DNA of 62,826 nucleotides, the filler included, from Choristocarpus tenellus KU-1152 (taxonomy: Eukaryota > Protista > Phaeophyceae), in NCBI GenBank assembly GCA_964200185.2. It is 10 parts of 10 records of this genome, joined end to end, with 100 filler letters (N's around TTAATTAATTAA, not from the genome) between each part and the next. Parts side by side here need not be neighbours in the genome. Positions count along the whole stretch, not along the records: positions 1 to 7,555 come from CAXNAD020005972.1; positions 7,656 to 10,226 come from CAXNAD020026676.1; positions 10,327 to 13,915 come from CAXNAD020019084.1; 7 more parts are not named here. One strand, given 5' to 3'. The translations under genes and the position numbers were made by a program. Positions 1-12,786 of the stretch are shown piece after piece. Position 1 is the stretch's first letter. Each line of letters starts with the position of its first letter. A model generated the notes under the pieces. It did no database searches. It worked only from the letters and a program-made list of their open reading frames with translations, and had not been told where the DNA came from.

Positions 1-296
1 CACAAGGCATGGCTTCCACCTTATTCCCCTACCAGCAACGTACTGTACTGCTGTGTGGTAGGTAGCATGACCCAGGAAGAAGGGCACTTTTCGCGAGAAA
101 TTTTGCGCACGCGCCAAACTCGCGTTAATATATCTTGGATTTTGTGCCAAATCGCCCGAATACAATAATTCCGGTACAAAATCCTATTTCTTGAGCATGT
201 CGAAAAAAAAAAACATATCGACACTTTATCCCAGTCAATTTTGGGTCAAGCCCATCCTCAATGAAAAGCTCCATCCTCAATTTTTGAAATCGACTG

Positions 297-810
297 TTAA
301 TTCCCTTCAGCCCCTCTCCCCCCTGCCGCATGGGTGGCCAGCTTATCCAGGAATCTCTCTGCTTGTTTTCCAAGGCACCCAAAACTTTCCACTGCGAAGG
401 TGCTGAGATTAAAACCACGAGGGTCAATAGATCCTTTGTAGTGGATGCGCTTTATCGCCTCAGCTGTACCACAAGCTGCAGAGCATTTGCTGTGGCCATA
501 CAAGGGAGTAAGGGACCAAAGGAATCTCCTTGTTGTGCCCGTCCATGAGAGTGTCATTTCATCCCTCCCTCATCTAGTGAGAAAAGATCAAGGGTAATCC
601 CTTATACCTTGGCTACGTATGGCAGGAGTCCTGGTAGGACCTCAGCAAGGGCCTCAATGAAAGCTGAGTGGCATACGTCGTGTCAGATTTTTTACCCTCT
701 AGGCTAGTGACCCGTCCACCCCACTCACTTCTTAGGCGATGTCCAGTAGAGCACGCTCAACCTCATTTGGGACCCCTACTCCAAACTGACCCTTATACAT
801 CCAAAATGCT
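297..810 (-). mobile_element. Decayed CRE-like non-LTR retrotransposon fragment (RT N-part fused to RLE endonuclease C-terminus)
   Basis: Minus-strand translation gives QFGVGVPNEVE and (V)CHSAFIEALAEVLPGLLPYVAKV (CRE-type RT motifs), then AEAIKRIHYK...FAVESFGCLGKQAERFLDKLA (RLE C-terminal signature); stops and frameshifts present. Confidence 0.7.
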
Positions 811-2257
811 CCTTGAGGTAGGGGCACCAGTCCGAACAAAAGACTGATGCACATGCCCTCCTAAAGAGAAAGAGCCACAGCCGATCTTATATCATGCGTT
901 TCTTCCTGTTCTGTGTCTATCAAGACCTTAAAAGTTTCAAAATGTCAGTTGGCTCATTTTCTACGTGTAATTATACTCCTGTCTGTACAAGTACTCCACT
1001 TTCAATAATCATTGTATGATTTAATATATCATCAGATGTCCTGGCAGTGGATTTTACCAGGAGGGTGTGTCTGCAGTCAGAACTTTGCATGATGAATGTA
1101 AAATGAGGAAGCGTGCCATGAAGATGTGTTTTGTACGTGGTAGAAGGGTCAGATTTCACAGTGCAACGTGGTTGTGTTGGAGATGAACTGATGCTTTGTC
1201 CAGATCACTAGAAGACGGTATGTAGTGTTGTGCTGTACACCCTACCTACCATGGTGATTAGGGGATCTTCTGGGATTGTATTTGTAAGCCCTTGCGTCGA
1301 TGCTTCAACCTGTTTTAGCCCAGAATTCATCGCCCGCTGTTTGTGCTGCCTTAAACAACCAAACTGCCTCTGTTCCTGGGAAACATGGGACCTCGTTCAT
1401 TTTAAAGAATAATGCATCTGTTGAAACCTGATTTCGTATGAGTTGTGCATTGTTGAGGTGTGAGACCTGTTCGACCAGTCACACACATCGCCCAGTCTGT
1501 ATTTCGCAACTCAACTTCCTTAGCCACGGACAAGGCAAGCGATACAACTTGACACAACTCAGCCAAAGACTTGCCTATATCGTCTGGCTCCCCGAACGAA
1601 GTCGTTACATGGCTAAGGCACACCAGGTTTGCTTTCATCATGCGTATGGTTGAGACTGCTTCAGATACATAAGCGGCAAAGGTTGGGTATACACAAGATG
1701 ACTCGGTAGTTCCTAACGCATACTTCTCATACCTTTTGAGAGACCCGATCAGGAAACTCCACAGAGGCTAGAATACTGAAGAGTCGCGTACGATCGTAAC
1801 CTTAACAGATACGCATCTTCAAAACCAAGTACTGATGCAAGACTCGGAACTCCCTCCATTATGCGTGAGAAGCTCAATCAATCAGGAAGCATCAGAGTCA
1901 TCTTGAAGCTGCGCCCTGGAGTCTCAGACTCCAGGAAACTCTGTTATTTCAACTATAGACAGTAATACTCTCATTCCCAACTCGGCAATATTCGCCATTA
2001 CACCTGCCCAGCGTACTAGTCAAGTGTGGATATCTGCCCTGCTATGGCATCCACGCAAAGTCCATTTGGAATGCCTCTTCAGATACTCCTTGACACAGTT
2101 ACAGGAGGGGGGAATTACGTATCATCTTCTCTTTGGCACAGCACTGCTCTTTGGGGGGGTGGCTATGCCTTTCCACATCTCAACATATCAGGCAAGGTTA
2201 CCTTACAAGCAGCAAACCCCAGAGTGTGCAATATTCCACTAATGCACGCATTGGGGT

Positions 2258-2311
2258 CATGCAAACTTCCTATAGAGTTTCCCCCATGCAAACTTCCAAT
2301 AGAGTTTCCCC
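2258..2311. repeat. 27-bp tandem duplication
   Basis: catgcaaacttcc(t/a)atagagtttcccc x2. Confidence 0.85.
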
Positions 2312-2341
2312 TAGACGATAAAGTGCGAAATGTTACATTTA

Positions 2342-2476
2342 GAGTCAAAGTATCTTAGAGGGTAGGGCCGCGTTCATTTGTGGACCAAAATCCAATGTTG
2401 CGATTTTGATGAAACTTTTGACTATCGTGTTTGTTAGGAGATGTCAATATCCTTGTTCTCTGGACACACCTTTTCA
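2342..2476 (+). mobile_element. MITE family A, 5' half (truncated)
   Basis: Begins gagtcaaagtatcttagagggtag and matches other copies up to ggacacaccttttca. Confidence 0.85.
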
Positions 2477-3287
2477 CTTTACCTATTAGGATAGTGGCAG
2501 TGTTGCCTTACGAAAAGATTTTAGGAGCAGCATTTTGTAGACAAGACCAGAGAAGGTGAAAGTTTGGTTTTCACTTTAAGGATAGGTTTGTATATAATGC
2601 GCCCACGTGGACGGAATCACAGATTACTCGCTATATAATGTTTCCTATTTCTCAACTCTACCGTGTTCTAGTTCATTAACCTGTGTCTATCTTCTATTCT
2701 TCAAACCACAAACATGGTCTCTCTTTCACCGTATTAAAAATTCAAGTACTTCTATACATGAATAAAAAACGTTTTCTTGACAGGTTGATACGTACCTTGT
2801 GATGTGGGGCTGGCTTGGCTCTAGGCATAGGTTCTAAGAATGGATGGGGCGAGCGAAGCGAAGCGTACTATTTGTACTATTTCGAATGGTCGGAGAACCA
2901 TTTTGTTGTGTGTATGTATGTGTGTGTGTGTGGAGACGACTTATGAACCCTGTGTATCGAGGCAGGGACAGAGAGGGGTGGGCAGCGTGGAGTTTCTCCA
3001 CTTGTGGAGATCTGCCATACGAATCAAGGAATGAAGATTGAGGGTTTAGTTTAGGGGAAATGTCCGGTATTGGTGCGAAGGGAGAGGTTGAGGCATGTAC
3101 ATGACAGCCTGTAGATATCTGAGTGCAGAACGGATGTGAAACACATGAGGACAGTGTGTGTCCTTTGTTCTTATTATTAAAAACTAGTGATTTGTGAAGA
3201 AATTTTATGTTCACAGATAGCATTGAATTCTGGTGTTGATTTATGTCTGGGAAAGGTAAGTCCAACAAGGATTGTAGGTGTGTGTAT

Positions 3288-3328
<41 letters not shown>

Positions 3329-3425
3329 GGTTCATGTGTTGGTCTTCATCACCGACATTGCTTCCATTCACGGTTGCGATTTTGGGGGGCGATGCATCAT
3401 TGGTACGGGCACATGCACCATAAGT

Positions 3426-3685
3426 GAGTGCAAGCATCTTAGAGAGTACGAGTTTTCCCCTGTTTGTCCATTTGAGGCTTGGCTTCCCATGGTCTCTTTT
3501 TATGATATTTTCCTACTCCAAAATGTTTCGGAGTAGGTAAAATGTATACGTCACGAAAAGGTGTGTCCGGAACAAGGATATTGAAACTTCCTAACAAACA
3601 CGATAGCCAAAATTAAATCAAAATCGCAACATTGGATTTTGTCCTCCAAATGTACACGGCTCTACCCTCTAAGATGCTTTGAGCC
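3426..3685 (-). mobile_element. MITE family A, full length, TSD AGT
   Basis: agt|gagtgcaagcatcttagagagta...taccctctaagatgctttgagcc|agt. Confidence 0.9.
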
Positions 3686-3890
3686 AGTACCATAATCGAT
3701 CGACACATATGCCCAGAAGAGTATGCTGGCACTGGCACCCGTCATGGTGTGTGGAACCGCGTATCCAATGTTTGATATGCAAGTGGATGATGGGGAGGTG
3801 CAGTGCGCAGGGGAGATTCCAATCTCTGGGAGCTCCTGCTATAATACCTTTTCACTTGTTATGGTTGTTTATATCGCACATTTATACACC

Positions 3891-4003
3891 TTACCAATTC
3901 CAAAACATTTCGGAATAGGAAAATGTCTTAAGAGACCGGTGGGAAGACAAGCCCTGAACCGGCAAACAGGGCAAAACTCGTACCCTCTAAGATAATTTTA
4001 CTC
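3891..4003 (+). mobile_element. MITE family A, 3' half
   Basis: Internal hairpin remnant, gggaag.caagccc and right TIR gtaccctctaagataattttactc. Confidence 0.8.
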
Positions 4004-4315
4004 GTACACGTTCTCGAGAGATCTGGTCTGCACCAGGTGCACCTTCTGTCAGTTTCACCAGTCCTCTCGTTTCCCTGAGAAGCCCTCCAGCTCAACCTTC
4101 AGGTTCGCATTCTCCCTTTTTGGTCATGCTTGTTGTTGTTGCTGTTACAGTTACTGCACCGCAGACACAGGTACTTTGATATTCTCAGCAAGCTGTTCCA
4201 TTGAAAACTTACATTTCCGCCTTCTCCCAATAGCCCAACTCTTTGAAAAAAACGTCAGTATGAGTTGCCCATGACGCCTTCTACATGTTACAACATGTTC
4301 AAATAGGCTGTTGTT

Positions 4316-4493
4316 GACTCAATGTATCTGGGGGGGGGGAGGGTTCTACACCAGGGTGTCCATTCGGACCCTGACCAGGAAAATTGCACTTACATCATAC
4401 ATCCAACGCTCGCAACCAAATCACCCAAGAATCGCGACGTGGAAAAACGGCCCCTGAATGGACAGACACCATCCCCCCCGGATACTTTGAGTC
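4316..4493 (+). mobile_element. MITE family B, full length, TSD GTT
   Basis: gtt|gactcaatgtatctggggg...ccccggatactttgagtc|gtt. Confidence 0.9.
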
Positions 4494-4525
4494 GTTCGGG
4501 TCTTCTCACCATGCGTACCGCACAG

Positions 4526-7060
4526 ATATGATGTCTGGTTGGATAAATGGTGCACTTTACTACGGACTAGAAAACATGGCAATTATAGATGGAGGCATCA
4601 TGGACCAGGTGAAATGCGAGGAAAGCATCAGGGGTGGGCGATGGGCAACCAACGTCACAACTCTAGAAGACTACGAAGTCAAATCAGAAGATCCTAGTTC
4701 CGGCGCCAAGGCCTTCGGACTATACTGCTTCATCAAGCCACTAGCTCCACACATGTGCATATTCCGCACAATTAATGTGAGAGGTACATAATTTTGCGTG
4801 ATAAACCTCGCTAGTCGAGTATTTTCTTTGTTCCTCCCCTTTACCGTGCACTTCCATTGTTTAACTGCCGAGATGAGACCAACAAGCATTACGCCAGTAC
4901 TTGTAAGCAATACTTTCCCGTTTGACAATATGTCACGTGTAGCAGGTGCATTTTAACCTCTTCACTTCTCCTGATTGATGCAACAGAGTGGAAGTATCTT
5001 AGAGGGAATGAGTTTTTCCCTGTTTGACTTCCCGTGTTTTTTTTAATTAAATATTCCTACTCCAAAATGTTTCGGAGTAGGTAAAATGTATACGTTACGA
5101 AAAAGTGTGTCCAGAACAAGGATATTGACACTTTTTAATTAATATGATAACCAAAATTACATCAAAATCGCAACATTGGAGTTTGGCCCCCAAATGGACG
5201 CGGCTCTGCCCTCTAAGATAATTTGGCTCAACAGCGATAGATGCGCAACAAGCTCTTCTGATGTTGAAGTAGACAAAAAGAGAATTATGACTGTGATATC
5301 ATCTCTCCCAACCAATTAATTGCCCTATGTCGACAATGCTGGCGGCATACTTTTCATGCACCAGCAATATGTAGAATATTATGAGTGATCTCCTGGTGCA
5401 TGCTCAGTGAAGTATACCCACCACTGCTGTAACAGGTGAAGTTCCAATAGTAGTACGAATGCCATTTGACCACATCAGCGCCTGCCAACATTCAACCGCT
5501 TAATGAAGGATTATTTAAGTTTTCTACATGAAACGGGAGCCTCAGAACAGATGAAGGACGAAACATTGAGGAAGGATATCAACCTCAGGGTTCAACCAGA
5601 TTGGGAGTTAGGGAGGTGGCAAGATCGCACAAGGCCTGGAATGAGAGAAGCCTGTGAGGTTAGTTTGTTGTTGAATATATGCAATATCAGGTGTAGAAAA
5701 TTCACAAAGCAGAATCGGTCTCACACATATCTGTGCTGGTTGCCAAATTGTCGCAGAAATTGTGTAGGTATTCATCCTTGAGTCCGTTAATATGTGTGAT
5801 TTTTTGTTATTAGTAATACCGGGGTGAAGAGTAAACAAGATGAGGCTGTAAAGGTCCTAAGATATGAAAAAGTGAACGCAGTTTTTTTACGGAGTGTTTA
5901 GCCACAATGCTGATGAGGCCAATTATACTGAGCGAGTTGCAAATTTTATCTCATTCATGGGTGAATTTCTATTCTTGTTTCATTTGTTGCTGTTTCGGTC
6001 AGAGAAGTTGGGTATGTTTGTTTCTACATTCTCTCGATCCTGGTTGAAAAGTACTTAGCATTAGGGGTGATGCTGAAAGAGCTGACACCCGTTGCTGGCA
6101 CTCATTAAAGATGTTGGGACATATAGCAGTACAGTAGGTCATTTTTTCAGGAAATAATTATTTGCTTTAACATGAAGAATATTGGGCTGTATGTGCCACA
6201 TATAGCAAAGGAGTAGGAAATGCTATCCAAGTACATGACTTTCTCTTTCTTGCACTATTGCGGATGCATAATGTCATATCTGAGTTAGACAAGGAGAGGC
6301 ACTAATTCACAAGTATTTGCCTGTAAGTTGTGTGCCATGAATGGAAGGAGTTGTGGTGCAAAGTCAACCGAGGCCCCCAGTGCAGCATAAATTGCTCATA
6401 TGGATTCTAATTGGAAAAATATGTTCTTAGCACCTCAGCAATCAGTATTGTGTCAGGGTCTATGAAGTATCAATAATCCAGTGCGTTTTGCACAAATGCT
6501 TGTTGCCCTCCCGTCATCACTACTATGCTGATTGATTTGTGTGGGTTGTATTTTAATCATGTGCCAACCGTCATCTCAATCTCTCCACAACACAATGCCA
6601 ATACAGAAATCCTCGCACTTCCTTGCTTCCTCTTCCCTTTTGTACTTAGGCGTTCATTTATCATATTTGGAACAATTTTCAACCATGGGTTTATAAAGAT
6701 ATTCAGTCGATTGTGAAAAGAATGCCTCCAAGCGTGCGTGAGGGCCCATTCATTGGTCTGCACATAAGAGGGGGGGATAAGATACGTGAGGCGCCTCTAG
6801 TGGAGACTGAGGTGTACCTAGAAACAGCACTGGCACACGTGACTGCATGCAGTTGCAAGGATAATCTTCCGGAAGAATGTGGCGAGAGACGGATGCCATC
6901 ACCCACAGAAATTAAAGCCATCTACTTGGCTTCAGATGATAAGGACGTGGAGGGGGAAGTGCGGGAACTAGCCCGAAAGTACTTCAAGTCTGACATAGAC
7001 GTTTTCTATGCATCAGCAGGGATCCAAGGTTATAAGCTATCTGAAAAGACCCCACCGTGA
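4526..7060 (+). CDS. GT23 (alpha-1,6-fucosyltransferase FUT8/NodZ-like) glycosyltransferase, partial, possibly disrupted
   Basis: Exon 6707-7060 has FIGLHIRGGDK..EA and IYLASDD (GT23 GDP-fucose-binding motifs). Probable upstream exons at 4526-~4780 and ~5479-5658 with AG/GT borders; their linkage is less certain. Confidence 0.7.
4986..5229 (-). mobile_element. MITE family A, full length, TSD AACA
   Basis: aaca|gagtggaagtatcttagaggg...ccctctaagataatttggctc|aaca. Confidence 0.9.
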
Positions 7061-7347
7061 CTAAACACCAGGTAGGTGGGGTCCATGTGTGTGGCACCAT
7101 AATATGGGATTGCTAAACTAACATGGGAAACTTGTCCTGATTTTAGCGAGAAATAACTGCGCCAGAAGCACATCTGTGATCTATGTGCAGTTCATTATGA
7201 TTCTGTTCTAACATTATTTCAGCATTGTTTGTGCAAGTCCACAAGCTTGTGGTCTACAGATAGAGTATTATTTGTTTCCTCTCCTACAGCGTCTGACTTT
7301 GCTGCCTTGTCCTTAATTGATCTCCACCGAAAAACATGACAGACTTT

Positions 7348-7555
7348 GAGCCAAAGTATCTTAGAAGGTAGAGCCGCGTCCATTTGGGGGTCAAAATCCT
7401 ATGTTGTGATTTCGAAGAAATTTTGGCTATCGTGTTTGTTAGGAAGTGTCATTAACCTTGCTCTGGACATACCTTTTCAGAACGTATAAATATTACCTAC
7501 TCCGAAAAATTTTGAAGTAGGAAAATGTCATGAAAACCCCAAGGGAAGCCAAGCC
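7348..7555 (+). mobile_element. MITE family A, cut by contig end
   Basis: gagccaaagtatcttagaaggtag... through gggaagccaagcc. Confidence 0.9.
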
Positions 7556-7655
7556 NNNNNNNNNNNNNNNNNNNNNNNNNNNNNNNNNNNNNNNNNNNNT
7601 TAATTAATTAANNNNNNNNNNNNNNNNNNNNNNNNNNNNNNNNNNNNNNNNNNNN
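7556..7655. other. Artificial contig linker N44-TTAATTAATTAA-N44 (also at 10227, 13916, 19033, 21978, 24704, 30576, 44404, 59600)
   Basis: Nine identical 100-nt spacers with stops in all six frames. Confidence 0.98.
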
Positions 7656-7674
7656 GTTGAGTGGGGTTGAAGGG

Positions 7675-7897
7675 TGGGGTGGTGACTGGAAATCAGTGGT
7701 GAAGGGGGTTGGTTCACACTGGTTGGTCATCGGAGGTGGGCGGTGGCCAGAAATCAGTGGCGAAGGGGTTCACACTGGTTGGTCATCAGAGGTGGGCGGT
7801 GACTGGAAATCGATTGCAAAAGGGGTTTGCATTGGTTGGCCATCGCAGGGGGGGGAGGTGACTGGAAACCAGTGGCAAAGGGGTTTGCACTGGTTGG
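7675..7897. repeat. Imperfect ~60-bp minisatellite (about 4 units)
   Basis: Recurring ggtgactggaaatcagtgg..aaggggtt..cactggttggtcatc. Confidence 0.8.
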
Positions 7898-8076
7898 GAC
7901 CCAAAGTATCTGGGGGGGGGGGGAGGTCTACACCAGGGTGTCCATTAGGACCATAACCAAGGAAAAGTGCACTTACATTATCCATCCGACGTATGCAACC
8001 AAGTCACACAAAAATCCCGACATAAAAAAAATGACCCCAAATGGACAGTTGCCGCCGCCCCCAGATACTTTGAGCC
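7898..8076 (+). mobile_element. MITE family B, full length, TSD TGG
   Basis: tgg|gacccaaagtatctggggg...cccccagatactttgagcc|tgg; inserted into a minisatellite unit whose sister units show the empty site. Confidence 0.92.
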
Positions 8077-9933
8077 TGGTCACAAGTGGTTGGTCACAAG
8101 TGGTGGTACAATGGAGAGTAGGGGAATAGGTGGAATGCAAACATAGAAAATAATAATAATAATCCAGAATTCGTGAGCAAAACAAAAGGTTTTTTTATCC
8201 TTCAACCTTTTCATATTTTGTTCTGTTAGTGAGGAAGGACACTAAGCCGTGGTTCTTCAAGTTTGTTCATGTGAACTTCGCTTGAAATGTGTTTGTTGGG
8301 TGGGACAGAAGTGTGGCGATCTTCATCAAAAAGAAAAAGTCCCAAGTATTACACCCTTCATCATTGTACTGATGTTTTTTTTCAGGAGAAAAAAGAGATG
8401 AAACGGAGGAGGTACCTTCGCTCTCAAACCCATAAAGATACCTCTATCCAAAGGTATCATCTTCCACAGTCCCAGCAATCAAACAGAACATACAAAACAC
8501 TTCTTCAGTATATAAGAAATGGAGAATCCGATGCAAGGTTAAAAAGGGCTTAACAGAGTAAACTATTTGTTTAGGATGACTATTTGTTTAGTATTCCGGG
8601 TCATTTTTTCCCACACCAAGATGCATAAGTACATTCACGAAAAAAATTATTGGAATTTCTCCACACTATGCAAAACTTCAGTCGTGGGGGGTGCAATCGA
8701 TCGATGTGGCATGCTTTAGCATCATTCGCCATGTCCCCAGCATCCTGTCCATCCCACTGGGAAGATGACATCCATGGTCATTATGACGATATATGAGCTC
8801 AGCACTATATGAGCTTACTCACCTCTTCATCAGGTGCAGGCCCTACTGTTGCGGGGGAACTATGCATTGGATGTTCTCAATTAACTCTGCCAATTTCGAG
8901 GCTTGAAACTCAATAGCCGTGAAATCTGTCGCCCTGACAGTTCTGCCATTTGTCTCCCTGAACCTGAGCATGGGGCAAAGCATCAAGGGACTCGGTAAGG
9001 AATGCAAATGAAGACTCTGAACATAACACAATAATAGAACAGAATATGCAATTGACTAGACTTCCTCCGCCCCACCACTGTCAGGGACCCTTCAGCAACA
9101 CTCCACCCCTTCGGTTCTGGAACACATCCATCCATGCACATGAGGAATGCATCTCACTCTGCACGTATCTGCAGGCAGAGAGATTGCTGGGTTGGACAAT
9201 CTTTGAGTGCCACGAATTCCTTGCGGCTCAGATAGTTGAAGGCAATTACATTGCAGTCAATGCAGTTGCTGTTACCCTCGAACTCAGTCAACTCCCTGAT
9301 TGCCTCGAACGCCTCGGTGGACAGTGCAGTGACGACCTTCTTCACATTGCAAAGATGCTGATCGGTTGGGGGCTTAGTTAGGACCAACCGTTAAAAAATA
9401 TAATAAAATAAGTGAAGGGCAATTCTAAGTACCAATGATCGGTAGTGAGGTCCTCGGCAGCGCAGACACGCCATTTCGGCAGGCATCGGTTTGCATATAT
9501 GACAATTGGATGGTAAACTCTGTAGGAATACTGCACATACATCGAAAAGCTTCCGAGAAAACATAAATAGTAGTAAACAGGGTGTACACATTACTGCAGA
9601 CAGTGCATTCTGTATCCAAGATAGGTGGTGCACCCCGATGAAAGTCTGGCGCAGGTTGGAGGAGCTGGCGTCCTTCTTCATAATGCCCATAACTGAAATG
9701 AGGAGCTCGTTGAAGAAGTAGAGTTTATCGTACATCATAGATAGGTTTCACGAGGGATTCCGTGGCATCTTTGAAGGCTGCAGGGGTGCACAAAATGCAT
9801 AGATAGGACAGGAATAACATGATGGCATGTGTTAAACTATGATACATAAAAACTACAAACAAAAGGACAACACACCTAGAGCTCTCTATCACTCAACGAC
9901 AGCAGGCTGAGCATGCATGTTACATGACTACTA

Positions 9934-10193
9934 GGATCAAAGCAATTAAGAAGAGGGTAGGAGTTTTGCCCTGTTTGTCTGTTCAGGGCTTGGCTTCCCA
10001 CGAGTTTTTCGTGCCCCTTTTCGGTTTCTGTGTGAAAACAGTCACCTAAAATGTATACGACCACGAAAGATTTGTCTGGAGCAAGGATATTGATACTTGC
10101 CAACAAACACGATAGCCAAAATTCATCAAAATCGCAATATTGGATTTATTATCCCAAACAGACGAAGTCTTACCCTCTTAAATGTTTTGGGTT
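9934..10193 (-). mobile_element. MITE family A, diverged copy
   Basis: Reverse-orientation internal sequence matches the family; TIRs degenerate. Confidence 0.8.
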
Positions 10194-10205
10194 TGAAACG
10201 GATTA

Positions 10206-10226
10206 GGCTCAAAGTATCTGGGGGGG
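10206..10226 (+). mobile_element. MITE family B left TIR at contig end
   Basis: ggctcaaagtatctggggggg. Confidence 0.8.
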
Positions 10227-10979
10227 NNNNNNNNNNNNNNNNNNNNNNNNNNNNNNNNNNNNNNNNNNNNTTAATTAATTAANNNNNNNNNNNNNNNNNN
10301 NNNNNNNNNNNNNNNNNNNNNNNNNNGGGAAAGGGGAGGGGGGGGAGGGGGGAGGGCAGATGGGTTGGAAGATACGGGGCACGCCTCCGAATACATGCAA
10401 ATGCCCTAATATTGGAATATTACCTGTACTGACCTGGTACTATCATTTGGGTACCGAAAATAGTTGTGCATCAAGACAAAAAAAAAAAAAAAACAACAAA
10501 ACTATTTTTCTTCATTAACCACACCGCACACATTAACTGCACTTCAAAGTATGTTCTTGATCGCAAAAACGCCATCGAAGATTTAACAAAAATGCCCTCG
10601 ACATCTTTTCTTGGGTTAAAACAAAAAAAAAAAAAAAATCCTCTGTGGCCTACCGTATTTTCTATCCTCCGTTGCTTGCATCAAAATGCTACCTCAGAGC
10701 ACACAATGAGGATAGCAGTGGGGACAAAACCTGAGTCTCTTACCTGTTGTTCAGAGGTTTATAACAGGGTTCGTTCGTAGGACAACAAGCCAACCAGCCA
10801 GTACAGCTGTGCCAAAACAACCCCCAACAACTGATCCTTTACATCATTCTAATGTGGTAACATTCATTCTTGTCCTGTTCACAATAGAGCAATCCCAAAT
10901 GTGTAATGAATACCTACTGCCACATATATCTTGGGCAAAACCAACGAATAAGTGTACACTAACAACTCCAAGCCAGCGT

Positions 10980-11015
<36 letters not shown>

Positions 11016-11786
11016 CATGGACAAAGCAGCCACCACTGGGGCCCACTAACAAAGTCCCCAATACTGGCACATGTTGCAAGGGCAGGTTGCAAACAATATG
11101 AATAGAGTGACAAAAAATATGTAGTATCAAAACCCCCAGTATAGCACAGCCAAAAGCAACTCCCTTTACCTGGGTTTACAGCAATTTGGATCAAACTTGT
11201 GTCTCTTTCTTTTGGCAACATACAGCAGTCTTTACTATCAGTCATTAATGCCGTATTTAACCCATGAACTGTAGGCATCAATGGAAATGAGAATATCCTA
11301 CATAGCATTCTGTTGATGCAAAATTCCTTCAGGGATAAAATGACTAGTAAATAAGTCTGGTTCACCTCATAGGAAAGGGAATCATTAATGATATTTTCAT
11401 CAGAATAAAAAATTACACACGTATATATATATTTATTTATTTATTTATATTTGTGAGCACGTCGCTACTGATGCGCCGACGGGGAACTACAAAAAAGGTT
11501 TGATAAGAGAAGCAGCAGTATGAAAAGCGTTCCATGCTTCTTGAGGGAAAGAGGGACTCCAAGCTTTAAATTTACCCTCCCTGACAACTCAGTGAGAATA
11601 TGGTAACTGCACTTCCTTCTTCCAGGTGGTTCTCTCAATGCGTGAGGCACAAAAGGAGCATTGCCTCTCGCCTTTCCTCACAAGCATTCTACGACTCTGG
11701 TAGAACACCCGAAGTACAGCCTCTACCTCACCAGGAGTAGTAGAGAATACGTTCTAATGTTGCATCCCGCAAGATTCTGAACTCGC

Positions 11787-12660
11787 CTGTGCAGCGGCAG
11801 AGATTGCCATCCAAGCCTCCCTCGATCTCGTCTGCGGTGGCGCCAGGGTTGGAACGGAGAAGGGCATATAGCGCCATGACTATGCCAGGCGTGCAGAACC
11901 CGCACTGGCTCCCGTGCATTTCAGCAATACGCAGCTGAACGGGATGAAGACCCAACCGCATTGATCCCACTCCTTCCACAGTCGTCACATGGCACCAGTC
12001 AACAGAGCACTGGCATTGAGAGAGGAAGAAAGAGGGGACAGGGAAAACGAGTTCGCGATCGATAACTACAATGAGACATCGTCGGCTCAGGTCAAATAAA
12101 AATACTTCTGGGTCAATAATGGCAAGCTGAGACAAGGAGAAGAGAAGGTCTGGGACTCCAAGTTGTATGACACTAGTTTTTCAATGATTACGAGAGAACA
12201 AAGCAACGGATAAGTGCATCTTAGAAAGGAAAGTCAAAGAAATGTCGCGGAATGTTGTCGAGGACCTTCACTCTGGCGCTACATATGCGCACAAGCTGAT
12301 AGAACCTACAGGTAACAGGAAGTTCAGGTGGTGGGAAAGATACTACTCTTAACAAAACGGCATTTCAAAGTCCTACAATACCAAGCAGCTCAAGGTGCAC
12401 TACATACACCCACTCACCACAGGCGCTAGGCAAGCATTAATGGCACGATGACATATGTTACCAGCGGCATAGTCGTACGACGAAACCATGACAGTACATG
12501 CTCCGCACCCTCCTTCCCCACAACCAAGCTTTGTGCCTGTGAGACCAGTCTTGCGGAGGTATTGCAACAAGGTTGTCTCCGGCTCAATGCCCCGGACAAC
12601 ATGTTTGAGTCCGTTGACATAGAACATGAGATGTTCCCGTGGCAGATCCATCTCTCCCAT
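11787..12660 (-). CDS. XDH: Xanthine dehydrogenase/oxidase (aldehyde oxidase family), N-terminal 2Fe-2S domains, partial
   Basis: Exons 12660-12418 (FYVNG...TLLQYLR...[19 protein letters not shown]...INACLAPV) and 12009-11787 (VTTVEG...[21 protein letters not shown]...GNLCRCT), phase-0 join; rest off contig. Confidence 0.93.
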
Positions 12661-12786
12661 CCTGAGGGTATTAAGGATCAAATTTGAACACAAACTAAGA
12701 AACATCAACAACAAAATTTCAACTATATCAGGGTTAGGGATTTTTTCATTCTTCCTGTACCATTTCTTTGATACTTCTAGTTTGAC

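Noticed and set aside
7600-7611. Repeated TTAATTAATTAA motif as a biological repeat, CRISPR repeat or site
   Set aside because: Always centred in exactly 44+44 Ns: an artificial six-frame-stop linker. Adjacency between contigs carries no synteny information
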